Notes: generated by a model not told the origin, from the sequence alone. A DNA stretch of 64,000 nucleotides from an uncultured Desulfobacterales bacterium (GCA_964430705.1 CAYSGJ010000178.1:2022-66021); one strand, 5' to 3'; counted from the stretch's first letter, positions 38,784 to 48,800 are shown. Made by a program: numbers and translations.

Positions 38784-39305
38784 GTGAACAACAACCGCGG
38801 CAAATCATTCCGGCATGTCGGGAAAAACCGGGCAAGGGCCCGTGTCCGGGACGGCTCCGGAAACCTGTGCCGCGGCTTTACGTTCATTGAGTTGCTCGTG
38901 GCCGTGGCCATTGTCGCAACCCTGGCGGCCATTGCCGTCCCGGTGTTTACCCATCAGATTCACAAGGCCAGAAACAACCGGGCCATCGCGGAAATCATTT
39001 CGCTGGAGGCGCAGATCTCTGTCTATCTGGATACCAACAATGCCCTGCCCGGCAGCCTGAACGACATCGGCGCAGGCGGCATGTCGGACCCCTGGGGCAA
39101 TCCGTACGTGTACCTTCAAGTAGCGGGAACCCCGCAGGGGCAATTGCGCAAGGATCGCTTTCTGGTCCCCGTGAATACGGACTACGATCTCTACAGCAAG
39201 GGCAGGGACGGACTCACCCAGTCGCCGTTTTCGGCCCCGGTAAGCCGCGACGACATCGTACGGGCCAGCGACGGCGCCTTCATCGGGCTGGCCGAACAGT
39301 TTTAG
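38784..39305 (+). CDS. GspG-like pseudopilin (prepilin-type N-terminal cleavage/methylation domain)
   Basis: Class III signal G|FTFIELLVAVAIVATLAAIAVP with E at +5. GspG-type C-terminal motifs DPWGNPYVY and DYDLYSKGRDG. The only in-frame start is GTG 38784, giving a 31-aa basic leader. Confidence 0.85.
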   Translation: MNNNRGKSFRHVGKNRARARVRDGSGNLCRGFTFIELLVAVAIVATLAAIAVPVFTHQIHKARNNRAIAEIISLEAQISVYLDTNNALPGSLNDIGAGGMSDPWGNPYVYLQVAGTPQGQLRKDRFLVPVNTDYDLYSKGRDGLTQSPFSAPVSRDDIVRASDGAFIGLAEQF

Positions 39306-39316
39306 GATGATTCACT

Positions 39317-41524
39317 ATGAAGATCGAAACGACAATTTTTCGCAGTAAGGTGGCCCGCCGGATTTTCACCCTGTTTGTCTGCTGCGCCCTGATTCCGATC
39401 ACGGCCCTGGCCGTGTTGTCGTTCCGCCAGGTCGCCCAGGAACTCAAGACGCAGGGCCACATGCGGCTTCAACGATCCGTCAAGGCCGTGGGCATGGGCA
39501 TTATCGAAAGGCTTGTTTTTCTGGAAACCGAATTGAAAAACGCCGAGCTGGCCTTGCACACAGGCGCGAAAGACGGCGTAACAACCTTAAAGGACCCGGC
39601 CTGGAAGCGGTTCCAGGGATTGGCCTTTGTCCCGCAGCAAGGCGACCCGGAGGAGCTGTACGGCACGGTGCCCCACACACCCTTTGTTTCCCGGAACGAG
39701 TGGGAACAGATGCGCAGCGGAAAGACCGTGGTGCTCGTCCACAGTGTACGCAATGAGCCGCCGCGTGTCTTTATGCTCCGCGCCGCGGCCTCAAAAAATG
39801 ATCCCGCCAAGGGTTTTTTGCTCGGCGAGGCGGATCCGGCCTACCTCTTTGGGGTGGGCAACGAAAACACGCTGCCCCCCATGACGGAACTCTGCGTTCT
39901 GGATGAAAACAACAACATCATCGTCAGTTCCCTGCCCGTCCCACCGCCCTTGGGAGCACGGGTGGGCGGCAAGGCCGATGGGACGACCAAACGGCAATTC
40001 GAATGGGAACAAAACGGCCACCGGTACCTGGCCGCCTGGTGGCTCGCGTTTTTAAAGTCGCGGTTTGCCGCCCCGAACTGGACCGTCGTGCTGAGCCAGT
40101 CCAAGTCGTTGGTATTGGCACCCATGAGCTATTTTAAAAAAATCTTTCCTATGGTAGTGCTGTTTTCGTTCTGGGTCGTGTTGTTTTTGAGCATCATCCA
40201 GATCCGCAGAAACCTCGTGCCCCTGGAACAATTAAAGGAGGGCGCGCAACTGCTCGGTCAGGGCCTTTTCGACATGCGGGTCACCGTGACAAGCAACGAC
40301 GAATTTCAAGACCTGGCCCGGGCATTCAACGCCATGGCCGGCCAGTTGGGCAAACAGTTCAGGACATTAAAGACGCGGGCGGAAATCGACCGGGCAATCC
40401 TTTCCACTTTGGACACGGAAAGCATCGTTGAGACCACGCTGGACCGAATACCCCTTCTTTGTCGTTGCGACACGGTAAGGATCGGCGTCGCGGAAAAAAA
40501 GGCGCAGGATGCGTGGCGCCTTTACGAAAAAAAATCCGATTCCGGGGAACTGATCCGCACGCACATAGACATGCAACCCGAAACAGCCCAAAAGCTTCTG
40601 GAAAACCGCCATTGTTTTACCCTGCCCGCCCGGGAAATAACGCCGGTTTATGCGAGCCTGCTCGCGCAACCGGAGGCGGAGGTGTTGCTCGTGCTTCCCA
40701 TCTTTGTGAGGCAAGCCTTATGCGGCGTCATCGTGTTGGGATATTGGGAGCACCCCGGCCAAAACCCCGACGATGCCCCGCCGGTGCATGATCGCATCCA
40801 CAAAGACATGGTCGAGGCCCCCCCGTTGAGGGACCAGCTGGCCGTGGCTTTTTCAAACGCCCGCCTGGTGGACCAACTGGAAAAGCTGAACTGGGGCGCC
40901 CTGACCGCCTTGGCCAGGACCGTGGACGCCAAGTCGCCTTGGACGGCGGGCCATTCCGAGCGCGTCACCAAGGTAGCCCTGTACATCGCCGGGAAACTGG
41001 GTTTGGAAGAGGCGGAACGTGATCGTTTGCGGCGGGCGGGCCTGCTCCATGACATCGGAAAGATCGGCATCCCTTCCGCCATCCTCGACAAGCCCGGAAA
41101 ACTCACGGATGAGGAATACGAGTTCATCAAAACCCATCCCCGCCTGGGCGAGCGCATCCTGCAACCCATCGAGGCCTACGCCGACGTCATTCCCATCGTG
41201 GCGCAGCACCACGAGCAGTTCGGCGGCGGCGGCTATCCCGACGGTCTGGCGGGACACGACATCTGCCTGGGCGCCAGGATCCTCGCCGTGGCCGACGTGT
41301 TTGACGCCCTGGCTTCGGAGCGCCCTTACCGCAAGGGATGGGACAAGAAGCGGGTTGTCGATTTCATCAAGAAAAACGCGGGCGACCAGTTTGACCCTGC
41401 AATCGTTCGGGCCTTCTTGAAGGCCCCCGCGAAAAGCAAGCGTAAAACCCCGCCGCCTCTGCCGGCAATGACCCCCCCGGCAATCACGCCACGGACGGCG
41501 GCTGGAATGGAACAGACGCCATGA
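39317..41524 (+). CDS. membrane sensor HD-GYP phosphodiesterase (periplasmic Cache-like domain, HAMP, GAF-like, HD-GYP)
   Basis: TM1, a ~240-aa periplasmic domain, TM2, HAMP (NDEFQDLARAFNAMAG), then an HD-GYP core (HSERV, HDIGKIGIP, HHEQFGGGGYPDG). Confidence 0.9.
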   Translation: MKIETTIFRSKVARRIFTLFVCCALIPITALAVLSFRQVAQELKTQGHMRLQRSVKAVGMGIIERLVFLETELKNAELALHTGAKDGVTTLKDPAWKRFQGLAFVPQQGDPEELYGTVPHTPFVSRNEWEQMRSGKTVVLVHSVRNEPPRVFMLRAAASKNDPAKGFLLGEADPAYLFGVGNENTLPPMTELCVLDENNNIIVSSLPVPPPLGARVGGKADGTTKRQFEWEQNGHRYLAAWWLAFLKSRFAAPNWTVVLSQSKSLVLAPMSYFKKIFPMVVLFSFWVVLFLSIIQIRRNLVPLEQLKEGAQLLGQGLFDMRVTVTSNDEFQDLARAFNAMAGQLGKQFRTLKTRAEIDRAILSTLDTESIVETTLDRIPLLCRCDTVRIGVAEKKAQDAWRLYEKKSDSGELIRTHIDMQPETAQKLLENRHCFTLPAREITPVYASLLAQPEAEVLLVLPIFVRQALCGVIVLGYWEHPGQNPDDAPPVHDRIHKDMVEAPPLRDQLAVAFSNARLVDQLEKLNWGALTALARTVDAKSPWTAGHSERVTKVALYIAGKLGLEEAERDRLRRAGLLHDIGKIGIPSAILDKPGKLTDEEYEFIKTHPRLGERILQPIEAYADVIPIVAQHHEQFGGGGYPDGLAGHDICLGARILAVADVFDALASERPYRKGWDKKRVVDFIKKNAGDQFDPAIVRAFLKAPAKSKRKTPPPLPAMTPPAITPRTAAGMEQTP

Positions 41525-41943
41525 AAAAGACCGCAACAACCGTCAAGGCAACCGTTTCATGGTACCGGCACTGGATTGTCGCGGCCATCGCCCTGCTCGT
41601 GGCCTTTTTTACCTTTGTTCCGGCAAAGCCCACATACCTTCCCGACGGGTTGGCCGGGACTTGGACCTCTTCCCACCCGAGTTATGCCGACCGGACCCTG
41701 GAACTGACCACCGTGACCATGGCGTTCGGGACGAGCCAAAATACCGTGGACGTGTATTTCGTCTCCCATGTGGAAACATCGCTTCAGGGAAACAGGACCT
41801 TGTACACGGTCCACTGCCACCGCAGGGGCGGGCCCGAGGAAACCGTGCGTTTCTATCATATCGAGCGCAACGGCGGCGAGATCACCTTCAAAAACCAGCA
41901 GCACGTATCGTTTTCAAGGCGCAAGCCGCAATTTCGAAATTAG
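41521..41943 (+). CDS. small N-terminally anchored hypothetical protein
   Basis: ATGA overlap with the HD-GYP gene. One TM (WIVAAIALLVAFFTFV), then a ~100-aa beta-rich-looking domain. The last ~14 codons lie inside the right repeat arm. Confidence 0.55.
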   Translation: MKKTATTVKATVSWYRHWIVAAIALLVAFFTFVPAKPTYLPDGLAGTWTSSHPSYADRTLELTTVTMAFGTSQNTVDVYFVSHVETSLQGNRTLYTVHCHRRGGPEETVRFYHIERNGGEITFKNQQHVSFSRRKPQFRN

Positions 41944-42012
41944 ATATTCGGATTTTCGGCCGGCCTCCTTTTCATATGAACCTGAGCTTTCCGGATAACC
42001 GCATTCGGATTT
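41901..42012. repeat. right (uninterrupted) arm of the inverted repeat pair
   Basis: Reverse complement of the two left-arm blocks. Contains the perfect palindromes AATTTCGAAATT (41930-41941) and TTCATATGAA (41971-41980), and a GGCCGGCC site (41958-41965). Confidence 0.8.
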
Positions 42013-42290
42013 AAGCAGAGGCGCCAGGAAAGCCCCCTTTAAGGGGGTAACAAAAAACCAGGCCCTCCGGACCCCGATCTTTATTGCCTGTTTATCTTCT
42101 GCCCCCGATTTCTTGCTCCTGTGTCCTGCCCTGTGAATGACGGCAAGAAAAACCTCCTACCGTTCGCCCTCGTCCATGGTACGGATCGAAGGAATAAGAA
42201 CACAAGCCAAAAAAAAGAATGGCCCTATGGATATCGATTGTTATAATGGCTATGTATACTAAAACAAGGGGGAATGATCCCGACAGACCC

Positions 42291-43457
42291 ATGAAAAAGT
42301 CTTTTATCACCATCATTATCCTGGCCGGACTGGCGTTTTTCGGCTGGCGCGCTTATCAGAATATCGCTTCCAAGCAAGGCCCGGACCGTCAGCGTCAAAA
42401 CGCGCCCGTGGCCGTTGAGATCATGCCCGTAACAATAGCCGCGATCCAAGAAGTGGGCGGCTTCACCGGGACCCTGTATCCCCGGTCTTCATTCGTCCTG
42501 GCGCCGAAAATCGCCGGGCGGCTGGAAAAAATACTGGTCCATATCGGCGATACGGTCCAAGGGGGGCAGTTGGTGGCCATCCTGGACGACGATGAATATT
42601 TCCAGCAGGTCAGCCAGGCGCAGGCAGAACTGGAGGTCGCCCGGGCAACGCTTCAGGAAAGGCGCAACACCCTTGAAAACGCAAAAAGGGAGTTTGAGCG
42701 AACCGTAGAGTTACAAAAAAAGAAAATAGCCTCGGAATCGCAACTGGATGCCGCAGAGTCGCAATTCAAGACCCACCAGGCGGAATTAAAAGTGGCCACC
42801 GCCCAGGTATCTCAAAAAGAGGCGGCCCACAAAATGGCCGAGGTGAGGCTTTCTTATACGCGGATTCACGTACCTAAAAACCATGGCGCCGAGGACCGGG
42901 TGGTGGGCGAGCGCTTTGTGGACGAAGGGGCCATGCTGGCGCCCAACACCCCGATTGTCTCCATTCTCGATATCAAAACGCTCATAGCCGCCATTCATGT
43001 CATCGAACGGGATTATCCAAAAATTCGGCCCAACCTGGAGGCGGTCATTTCCACCGACGCATTCCCGGGTCGTACCTTTGCCGGGAAGGTGGTTCGAATC
43101 GCCCCCCTTCTGAAGGAAAAATCCCGGGAGGCCCGCGTGGAACTCCAAATTCCCAATGAGCAAGGGCTGTTGAAGCCCGGAATGTTTGTCAGGGTGCAGA
43201 TCCAATTTGAACAACACGAAAACACGACGGTCATTCCCACGGCCGCGCTTGTCAAAAGAAACGGCGCCCAAGGGGTCTTTCTGGCCGATCCTGCACGGAG
43301 AAAAGTCCGGTTTGTGCCGGTTACCATCGGCATCGTCAGCGCCGGCCGGGCAGAAGTGCTGGATCCGCCCCTGTCCGGCGCGGTAGTGACCCTGGGACAC
43401 CACCTCTTGGAAGACGGCGCTTCCATCATCCTTCCGGAACAGAATCCGGCCGGCTAG
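42291..43457 (+). CDS. RND efflux periplasmic adaptor (membrane fusion protein)
   Basis: Internal ATG gives the signal/anchor MKKSFITIIILAGLAFFGW. HlyD/biotinyl-lipoyl-like and coiled-coil regions are present. Confidence 0.9.
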   Translation: MKKSFITIIILAGLAFFGWRAYQNIASKQGPDRQRQNAPVAVEIMPVTIAAIQEVGGFTGTLYPRSSFVLAPKIAGRLEKILVHIGDTVQGGQLVAILDDDEYFQQVSQAQAELEVARATLQERRNTLENAKREFERTVELQKKKIASESQLDAAESQFKTHQAELKVATAQVSQKEAAHKMAEVRLSYTRIHVPKNHGAEDRVVGERFVDEGAMLAPNTPIVSILDIKTLIAAIHVIERDYPKIRPNLEAVISTDAFPGRTFAGKVVRIAPLLKEKSREARVELQIPNEQGLLKPGMFVRVQIQFEQHENTTVIPTAALVKRNGAQGVFLADPARRKVRFVPVTIGIVSAGRAEVLDPPLSGAVVTLGHHLLEDGASIILPEQNPAG

Positions 43458-43513
43458 TATTTTGTTCCGAAAACAATAGACAACAACACGAGGACTGCAG
43501 CAGAAAGAACATC

Positions 43514-46500
43514 ATGAACATTTCCGGCTTTTCCGTCCACCGACCTGTGCTGACCGTCATGGTGTCTTTGATTGTCATCATCGTGGGCGGAGTGTCTTTG
43601 TCTCGCCTTTCCATAGACCTGATGCCCGACATCACCTATCCCACGCTGAGCATCAGCACCGGATATGAAAATGCCAGCCCGGAGGAAGTCGAGGAACTGA
43701 TTACCCGTCCCATTGAAGAGGCCATGAGTGCCGTGCCCGGGGTGGAAGAAGTCACCTCGGTTTCCGCTGAAGGCAACAGCAGTGTTCGCGTAACCTTTAC
43801 GTGGGGAACAGACCTGGATGCCGCGGCCAATGACATCCGAGACCGGCTGGATCGGGTCATTCCGGTCCTGCCGGAAGACGCCGACCGGCCGCGGCTGCGC
43901 AAATTCGACCTTGCTTCCTTCCCTATCCTCATCCTTGGGGCATACAGCAACCTGGATCCCATCCAGGTTAGAAGCATTATCGACAACCAGGTGAAAAATC
44001 GGATCGAGCAGATCCCCGGCGTGGCCTCTTTGGATATCCGAGGCGGTTTGGACCGGGAAATCCACGTCAACCTCGACGGAGAAAAGATCAAGGCCCTGGG
44101 GCTGCCGATTGACCGGCTTCTGGAACGCCTCAAGGAAGAAAACGTCAATCTTCCGGCCGGCACCCTGGAACAGGGCTTGCTCGATATCACCATCCGAACC
44201 CCGGGGGTATATACCAGCCTGGAAGAACTGGAAAACACCGTGGTGGCCATCCGGGAAGGAGCGCCCATTCAGTTACGAAAAATCGCCACGGTGGAAGATG
44301 CCTGGGAAAAGGTCACGCGGATCGTTCGGGTAAACGGCAGGCCGGGGATCCGGCTATCGGTGAACAAGCAGTCCGGCAAGAACACCGTGGAGGTGGCCAC
44401 CGGGGCTCTCAAAGAAATCGAACGGATCAACCGGGACATTCCCCAACTCGAGATCGTTCCCATCATCAACACCTCCGATTATATCCAACGAGCCATCACC
44501 AACGTGGGCACGTCCATCCTTTACGGTGGCGCCTTGGCGGTATTGGTCCTGTTGCTTTTTCTGCGCAATATCCCCAACACCGCCATTATTGCCGCCACAA
44601 TCCCCATATCGGTCGTGGCCACTTTTGCCCTCATGTATTTCGGCGGGTTCACCCTCAATCTCATGACCCTGGGAGGGCTGGCCCTCGGCATCGGCATGCT
44701 GGTAGACAATGCCATCGTGGTCTTGGAAAATATCTTCCGGCTTCGAGAAACAGGCGAAAAGCCCGGACCGGCGGCCATAAACGGCAGCAAGGAAGTGACC
44801 GCCGCGGTGATCGCAAGCACCCTGACCACCCTGGCCGTTTTCTTGCCCCTGATCTTTGTGCGCGGCATGTCCGGAATCATGTTCAAGCAGCTTTCCTACG
44901 TAGTGAGTTTTTCGTTGGGTTGCTCTCTGGTGGCGGCGCTGACCCTGGTGCCCATGTTGGCCTCCCGGGTGCGCGGCACGGTCATGGTCGAAACCGACGA
45001 AGGCGCCGCCAAAAGCGGAAAGATTTTCCAAATGACCGGGCGGTTCTTTGCCGCCATGGAGAACAGATACCAGGGGCTACTTCACTTTTGCCTCAATCAT
45101 CGGGTCATGGTGGTGGGCTCGGCATTTCTGTTGCTTTTGGCCAGCGTTGGCCTCGTTCCGTTGGTGGGCGTTGAGTTGATGCCTGCCGCCGACGAAAGCG
45201 AGGTACGGGTATATGCCGAGATGGCCGTCGGGACCCGCCTTGATTTGGTCAATCAGAGCTTTGAAAACATCGAGGCTGTCGTTGAGGCACAGGTACCCGA
45301 AATCGAAAACACCGTGTCTTTTATCGGAGGTTCCGGCTGGCGGGTGCGAGGATCCAATGCCGGAGAAATGCGCATTGCCCTGAAGCCGGTCAGCCAACGG
45401 AGTCGCTCCAGCGATGAGATCGCAGCAGCCCTTCGCAACAAACTCAGTGGCATCCCCGGCGTGAAAGTCCGCACCCGTGCCGGCCAGGGGCTCTTTTTAC
45501 TTCGTATCGGCACCGGAGGAGACGATCAAGTCCAGGTGGAAGTGCGGGGGCACGACCTGGAGATATCCGATGCCCTGGCCCGTCGGGTTGAGGACGTGGT
45601 CGCCAATGTGGCCGGGGTTACCGACACCAAGATCAGCCGGGAAACCGGAACACCGGAAGAGCTCATTATTGTGGATCGACAGAAAGCGGCCGACATGCGG
45701 CTGACGGTTTCGAAAATCGCGAAAATGTTGCAAACCGTGCTTTCCGGCACTAAGGCAGGCAACTACCGTGACGGGGGAAACGAGTACGCCATTCGGGTAA
45801 AGCTGGAGGGGGCGGAGAAAAAAGACCTCAGGGACATTCTCGACCTTCCCATCATCAACACGGACGGAGAGCGGGTGGTGCTTCGAAATGTAGTAAACGT
45901 GCGCCCCAGACGCGGGCCGGTGCTTGTTGAACGCAAAGACCAGGAGCGGGTGGTCTACGTGACGGCCAATATCAGCGGCCGGGACCTGGGCTCCATTGTG
46001 GCCGACATCCGCACCGGCCTCCAATCGGTGCCGGTACCCCGGGATTTCAGCATTCTCTTTGGGGGAGACTATGAGGAACAGCAGGAATCTTTTCGCGAAC
46101 TATTGACAAGCTTCGTCCTTGCCCTGGTTCTTGTCTACATGGTGATGGCCTCCCTCTATGAGTCCCTGCGATATCCTTTTGTGGTCATGTTCTCCGTGCC
46201 CCTGGCGGCCATCGGCGTCATCTGGATGCTCTTTCTGACCCAAACCACCTTTAACATTCAATCTTACATCGGCTGCATTATGCTGGGCGGCATCGTCGTA
46301 AATAATGCCATCTTGCTGGTGGATCACATCAACCTGCTGCGCCGACGGGACGGATTGCCGCTGAGAGAGGCCATTGAAGAGGCAGGCAGAAGACGGCTCC
46401 GGCCGATTCTGATGACCGCCGCGACCACCATTCTGGCCATGACGCCCCTGGCCCTGGGCCTTGGCGAGGGCGGTGAGGCTCAGGCTCCCATGGCACGGGC

Positions 46501-46654
46501 CATTGTGGGCGGCCTGTTCAGCTCGAGCCTGATTACGTTGGTGGTGGTTCCCACCATATACGCACTTTTTGAGCATAAGACGTTTCAGAAAGAGGCCGCC
46601 GTGGCCATCACGATTTCGGACCCTTCTCATCGCAAGCCTTCGGCAAGGAGTTAA
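43514..46654 (+). CDS. RND-family efflux permease (AcrB/HAE-type)
   Basis: 1046 aa with 12-TM RND architecture, two large periplasmic loops and the typical N-terminus FSV.RPVLT.M. Confidence 0.95.
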   Translation: MNISGFSVHRPVLTVMVSLIVIIVGGVSLSRLSIDLMPDITYPTLSISTGYENASPEEVEELITRPIEEAMSAVPGVEEVTSVSAEGNSSVRVTFTWGTDLDAAANDIRDRLDRVIPVLPEDADRPRLRKFDLASFPILILGAYSNLDPIQVRSIIDNQVKNRIEQIPGVASLDIRGGLDREIHVNLDGEKIKALGLPIDRLLERLKEENVNLPAGTLEQGLLDITIRTPGVYTSLEELENTVVAIREGAPIQLRKIATVEDAWEKVTRIVRVNGRPGIRLSVNKQSGKNTVEVATGALKEIERINRDIPQLEIVPIINTSDYIQRAITNVGTSILYGGALAVLVLLLFLRNIPNTAIIAATIPISVVATFALMYFGGFTLNLMTLGGLALGIGMLVDNAIVVLENIFRLRETGEKPGPAAINGSKEVTAAVIASTLTTLAVFLPLIFVRGMSGIMFKQLSYVVSFSLGCSLVAALTLVPMLASRVRGTVMVETDEGAAKSGKIFQMTGRFFAAMENRYQGLLHFCLNHRVMVVGSAFLLLLASVGLVPLVGVELMPAADESEVRVYAEMAVGTRLDLVNQSFENIEAVVEAQVPEIENTVSFIGGSGWRVRGSNAGEMRIALKPVSQRSRSSDEIAAALRNKLSGIPGVKVRTRAGQGLFLLRIGTGGDDQVQVEVRGHDLEISDALARRVEDVVANVAGVTDTKISRETGTPEELIIVDRQKAADMRLTVSKIAKMLQTVLSGTKAGNYRDGGNEYAIRVKLEGAEKKDLRDILDLPIINTDGERVVLRNVVNVRPRRGPVLVERKDQERVVYVTANISGRDLGSIVADIRTGLQSVPVPRDFSILFGGDYEEQQESFRELLTSFVLALVLVYMVMASLYESLRYPFVVMFSVPLAAIGVIWMLFLTQTTFNIQSYIGCIMLGGIVVNNAILLVDHINLLRRRDGLPLREAIEEAGRRRLRPILMTAATTILAMTPLALGLGEGGEAQAPMARAIVGGLFSSSLITLVVVPTIYALFEHKTFQKEAAVAITISDPSHRKPSARS

Positions 46655-46658
46655 CATA

Positions 46659-48317
46659 ATGGCCCTGTGCTACTACCGTTGCAAGCCATCGGCACAACTG
46701 CCGGCCTGGACCTTTTTTCTCGTGTTGCTCACCGGCATGTTTCCCAGAACCGTTGACGGTGAAGAAGCCATTATCCCGACGGCCGGCCGGAGGGCAACCG
46801 CAGGAACAATCGTCACGGAGATCCCGGCCGGGACAGGGCGGCTCGTGAATCCGCCGCAAGAAGCCTCGATGCACATTACCGTCCAAGATGCCGTGTTCAT
46901 GGCATTGGCAAACAACCGCTCGCTGGTTGTGGAAAAGCTCAACCCTTTGATTCAGGAGACTTTTGAACACCAGGAGCGTGCGGTATTCGATCCCACCGTG
47001 GGAGCGCAAGTCTCAGCGGAAAGAAACGAAAGCGAGCGCCTGGCCAGAGCGGGAAGCACCACCGAAACGTCCATCAGCAATATCTATCGGGGCGGTATCG
47101 CTCTGCGGGAATTCTTTCCAACAGGCACGTTCGTAGAAGCGGATGTCGCCACGACAACGACCGATTCATCATTATACAGGGCGCCGTTCTCGTCTACCCG
47201 CATGGGAATATCCCTGACGCAATCCTTGCTTCGGGGGTTCGGCACAAAGGCCAACCTGGCCCGCCTTCGACAGGCAAGGCTGGAGACCCGGATCAGCCGA
47301 TACGAGCTGCGCGGATTTAGCGAATCACTGGTGGCTCAGGTCGAAAACGCCTATTGGGACCACGCCCTTTCCCAGAGACAGATCGAAATCGTGGAGGAAT
47401 CGCTCAACATTGCCGACCGGCAGCTCGCCGAAACCAAAGAAATGATCCAGGTGGGCGTCATGGCGGAAGCAGAGCTTGCAGCGCTGCAGGCCGAGGTGGC
47501 CGCTCAACAGCAGAGTCTGATCAATGCCAGGAGCGCCCTGGAGTCTTCCCGCCTGCGGCTGTTGCGGCTCTTGAACCCGCCCGGTGAGGACATGTGGGAA
47601 CGAAACGTCGCCTTGGTGCATCCGCCCACGCTGCCGGAAATAGAAGTCGAGGACGTGGAGGCCCATGTATTGCTCGCACTTCGGATGCGTCCTGAAATGA
47701 ACCAGGCAAGACTGGACATTCAGCAGCAAGACCTTGAAGTCGTTCGCACCCGCAATGGGCTTCTTCCCCGAATGGATCTGTTTGTCGGCCTGGGCAAAAC
47801 CGGATATGCGGAGTCGTTTTCAGGGTCAGTAAGTAACATGGATGAAGACAGCTATGATGCGACGGTAGGATTGAACGTTGAATTGCCGGTTTTCAACCGG
47901 TACGCCAAGGCAGAGCACCGAAGAGCGCTGTTTAGCCGGGATATGGCTGAAAAGGCCCTGAACAACCTTGTCCAGTTGGTTGAACTGGACGTGCGAACCG
48001 CCCATATCGAAGTCAACCGCACCAGAGAGCAGATTGCTGCGAGTACGGCGACCCGGAGGTTTCAGGAAGAAAAACTGCGGATTGAAACCGAGAAATTCCG
48101 GGTGGGCCGCTCTACCAATCTTTTGGTCGCCCAGGCCCAGAGAGACCTTCTGGCCAGCCGCATCAACGAGGTTCAGGCCGTAGTCAACTACCTCAAAGCA
48201 CTCATTGATTTCTACCGCCGGGAAGGTTCTCTTCTTGAGCGTCGAGGCATCGAAGCGCCCGGCAGCGACCTTGCAGATAGTTCTGCCGACAGGAACCAAC
48301 AGTATATTATTCCTTGA
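46659..48317 (+). CDS. TolC-family outer-membrane efflux protein
   Basis: Signal-like N-terminus from the ATG at 46659. Two OEP repeats with long coiled-coil segments. Confidence 0.88.
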   Translation: MALCYYRCKPSAQLPAWTFFLVLLTGMFPRTVDGEEAIIPTAGRRATAGTIVTEIPAGTGRLVNPPQEASMHITVQDAVFMALANNRSLVVEKLNPLIQETFEHQERAVFDPTVGAQVSAERNESERLARAGSTTETSISNIYRGGIALREFFPTGTFVEADVATTTTDSSLYRAPFSSTRMGISLTQSLLRGFGTKANLARLRQARLETRISRYELRGFSESLVAQVENAYWDHALSQRQIEIVEESLNIADRQLAETKEMIQVGVMAEAELAALQAEVAAQQQSLINARSALESSRLRLLRLLNPPGEDMWERNVALVHPPTLPEIEVEDVEAHVLLALRMRPEMNQARLDIQQQDLEVVRTRNGLLPRMDLFVGLGKTGYAESFSGSVSNMDEDSYDATVGLNVELPVFNRYAKAEHRRALFSRDMAEKALNNLVQLVELDVRTAHIEVNRTREQIAASTATRRFQEEKLRIETEKFRVGRSTNLLVAQAQRDLLASRINEVQAVVNYLKALIDFYRREGSLLERRGIEAPGSDLADSSADRNQQYIIP

Positions 48318-48566
48318 GGCTTCTGTAACATTGCAGGAGACGAAAAGATACCTCCCCCCCGGCTTTTTTTGCCCCTGCCTTTTAGCCTCCCAGCACCCGT
48401 AACCGTTTTTTTGGACCTCTGTGTACCTCGGCTTTGGATTCGCATTCAAGTTTGGCGGTCATATGCCGATATTTCAGTGTAGGCGTTGACATGTTTCCCA
48501 TAACCGCGGGGAAGGCTGCTTACATTGAAAGGTCTGCCCCCCACAGGCATCCCAAGAGGTCTTGCC

Positions 48567-48800
48567 ATGAATCCCGAACGCGGTGTTGTATTTTCTGAAA
48601 AGATCGGTTCACACCTGTTGCTCTTGCACATGGTACGGTGCGTCGTGGAAAAACATGGCGGCAGTATCAAGTTGGACGAAAAAAACAAATCCATGTTTCT
48701 CAGCATTCCAGAAAACAACAAAGCGGCCTGTTTCAAGGAACTGGAAGATACCATAGGGCCAAGCAGGCCTCTCAACGAGGGTAGCGCTTCCATGCAGTGA
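48567..48800 (+). CDS. possible 77-aa ORF resembling the extreme C-terminus of a histidine-kinase ATPase domain
   Basis: AAGAGG lies 8 nt before the ATG. HLLLLHMVRCVVEKHGGSIKLDEKNKSMFLSIP resembles the G2-box-to-end region (GLGL..V...VE.HGG.I......G..F.F.LP). It may be a gene remnant. Confidence 0.3.
   Translation: MNPERGVVFSEKIGSHLLLLHMVRCVVEKHGGSIKLDEKNKSMFLSIPENNKAACFKELEDTIGPSRPLNEGSASMQ

Noticed and set aside
37217-41943. Apparent higher GC content of the c-di-GMP cassette as evidence of horizontal transfer
   Set aside because: Hand counts on sampled 60-nt lines gave 57-73% inside the cassette. Flanking Stn and RND genes gave 55-70%, so no clear contrast can be claimed without a proper sliding-window calculation.
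42034-42048. CCCCCTTTAAGGGGG hairpin as terminator of the cassette
   Set aside because: The stem is perfect, but it is followed by an A-rich rather than a U-rich tract on the plus strand. It therefore does not fit an intrinsic terminator, and its role is unclear.
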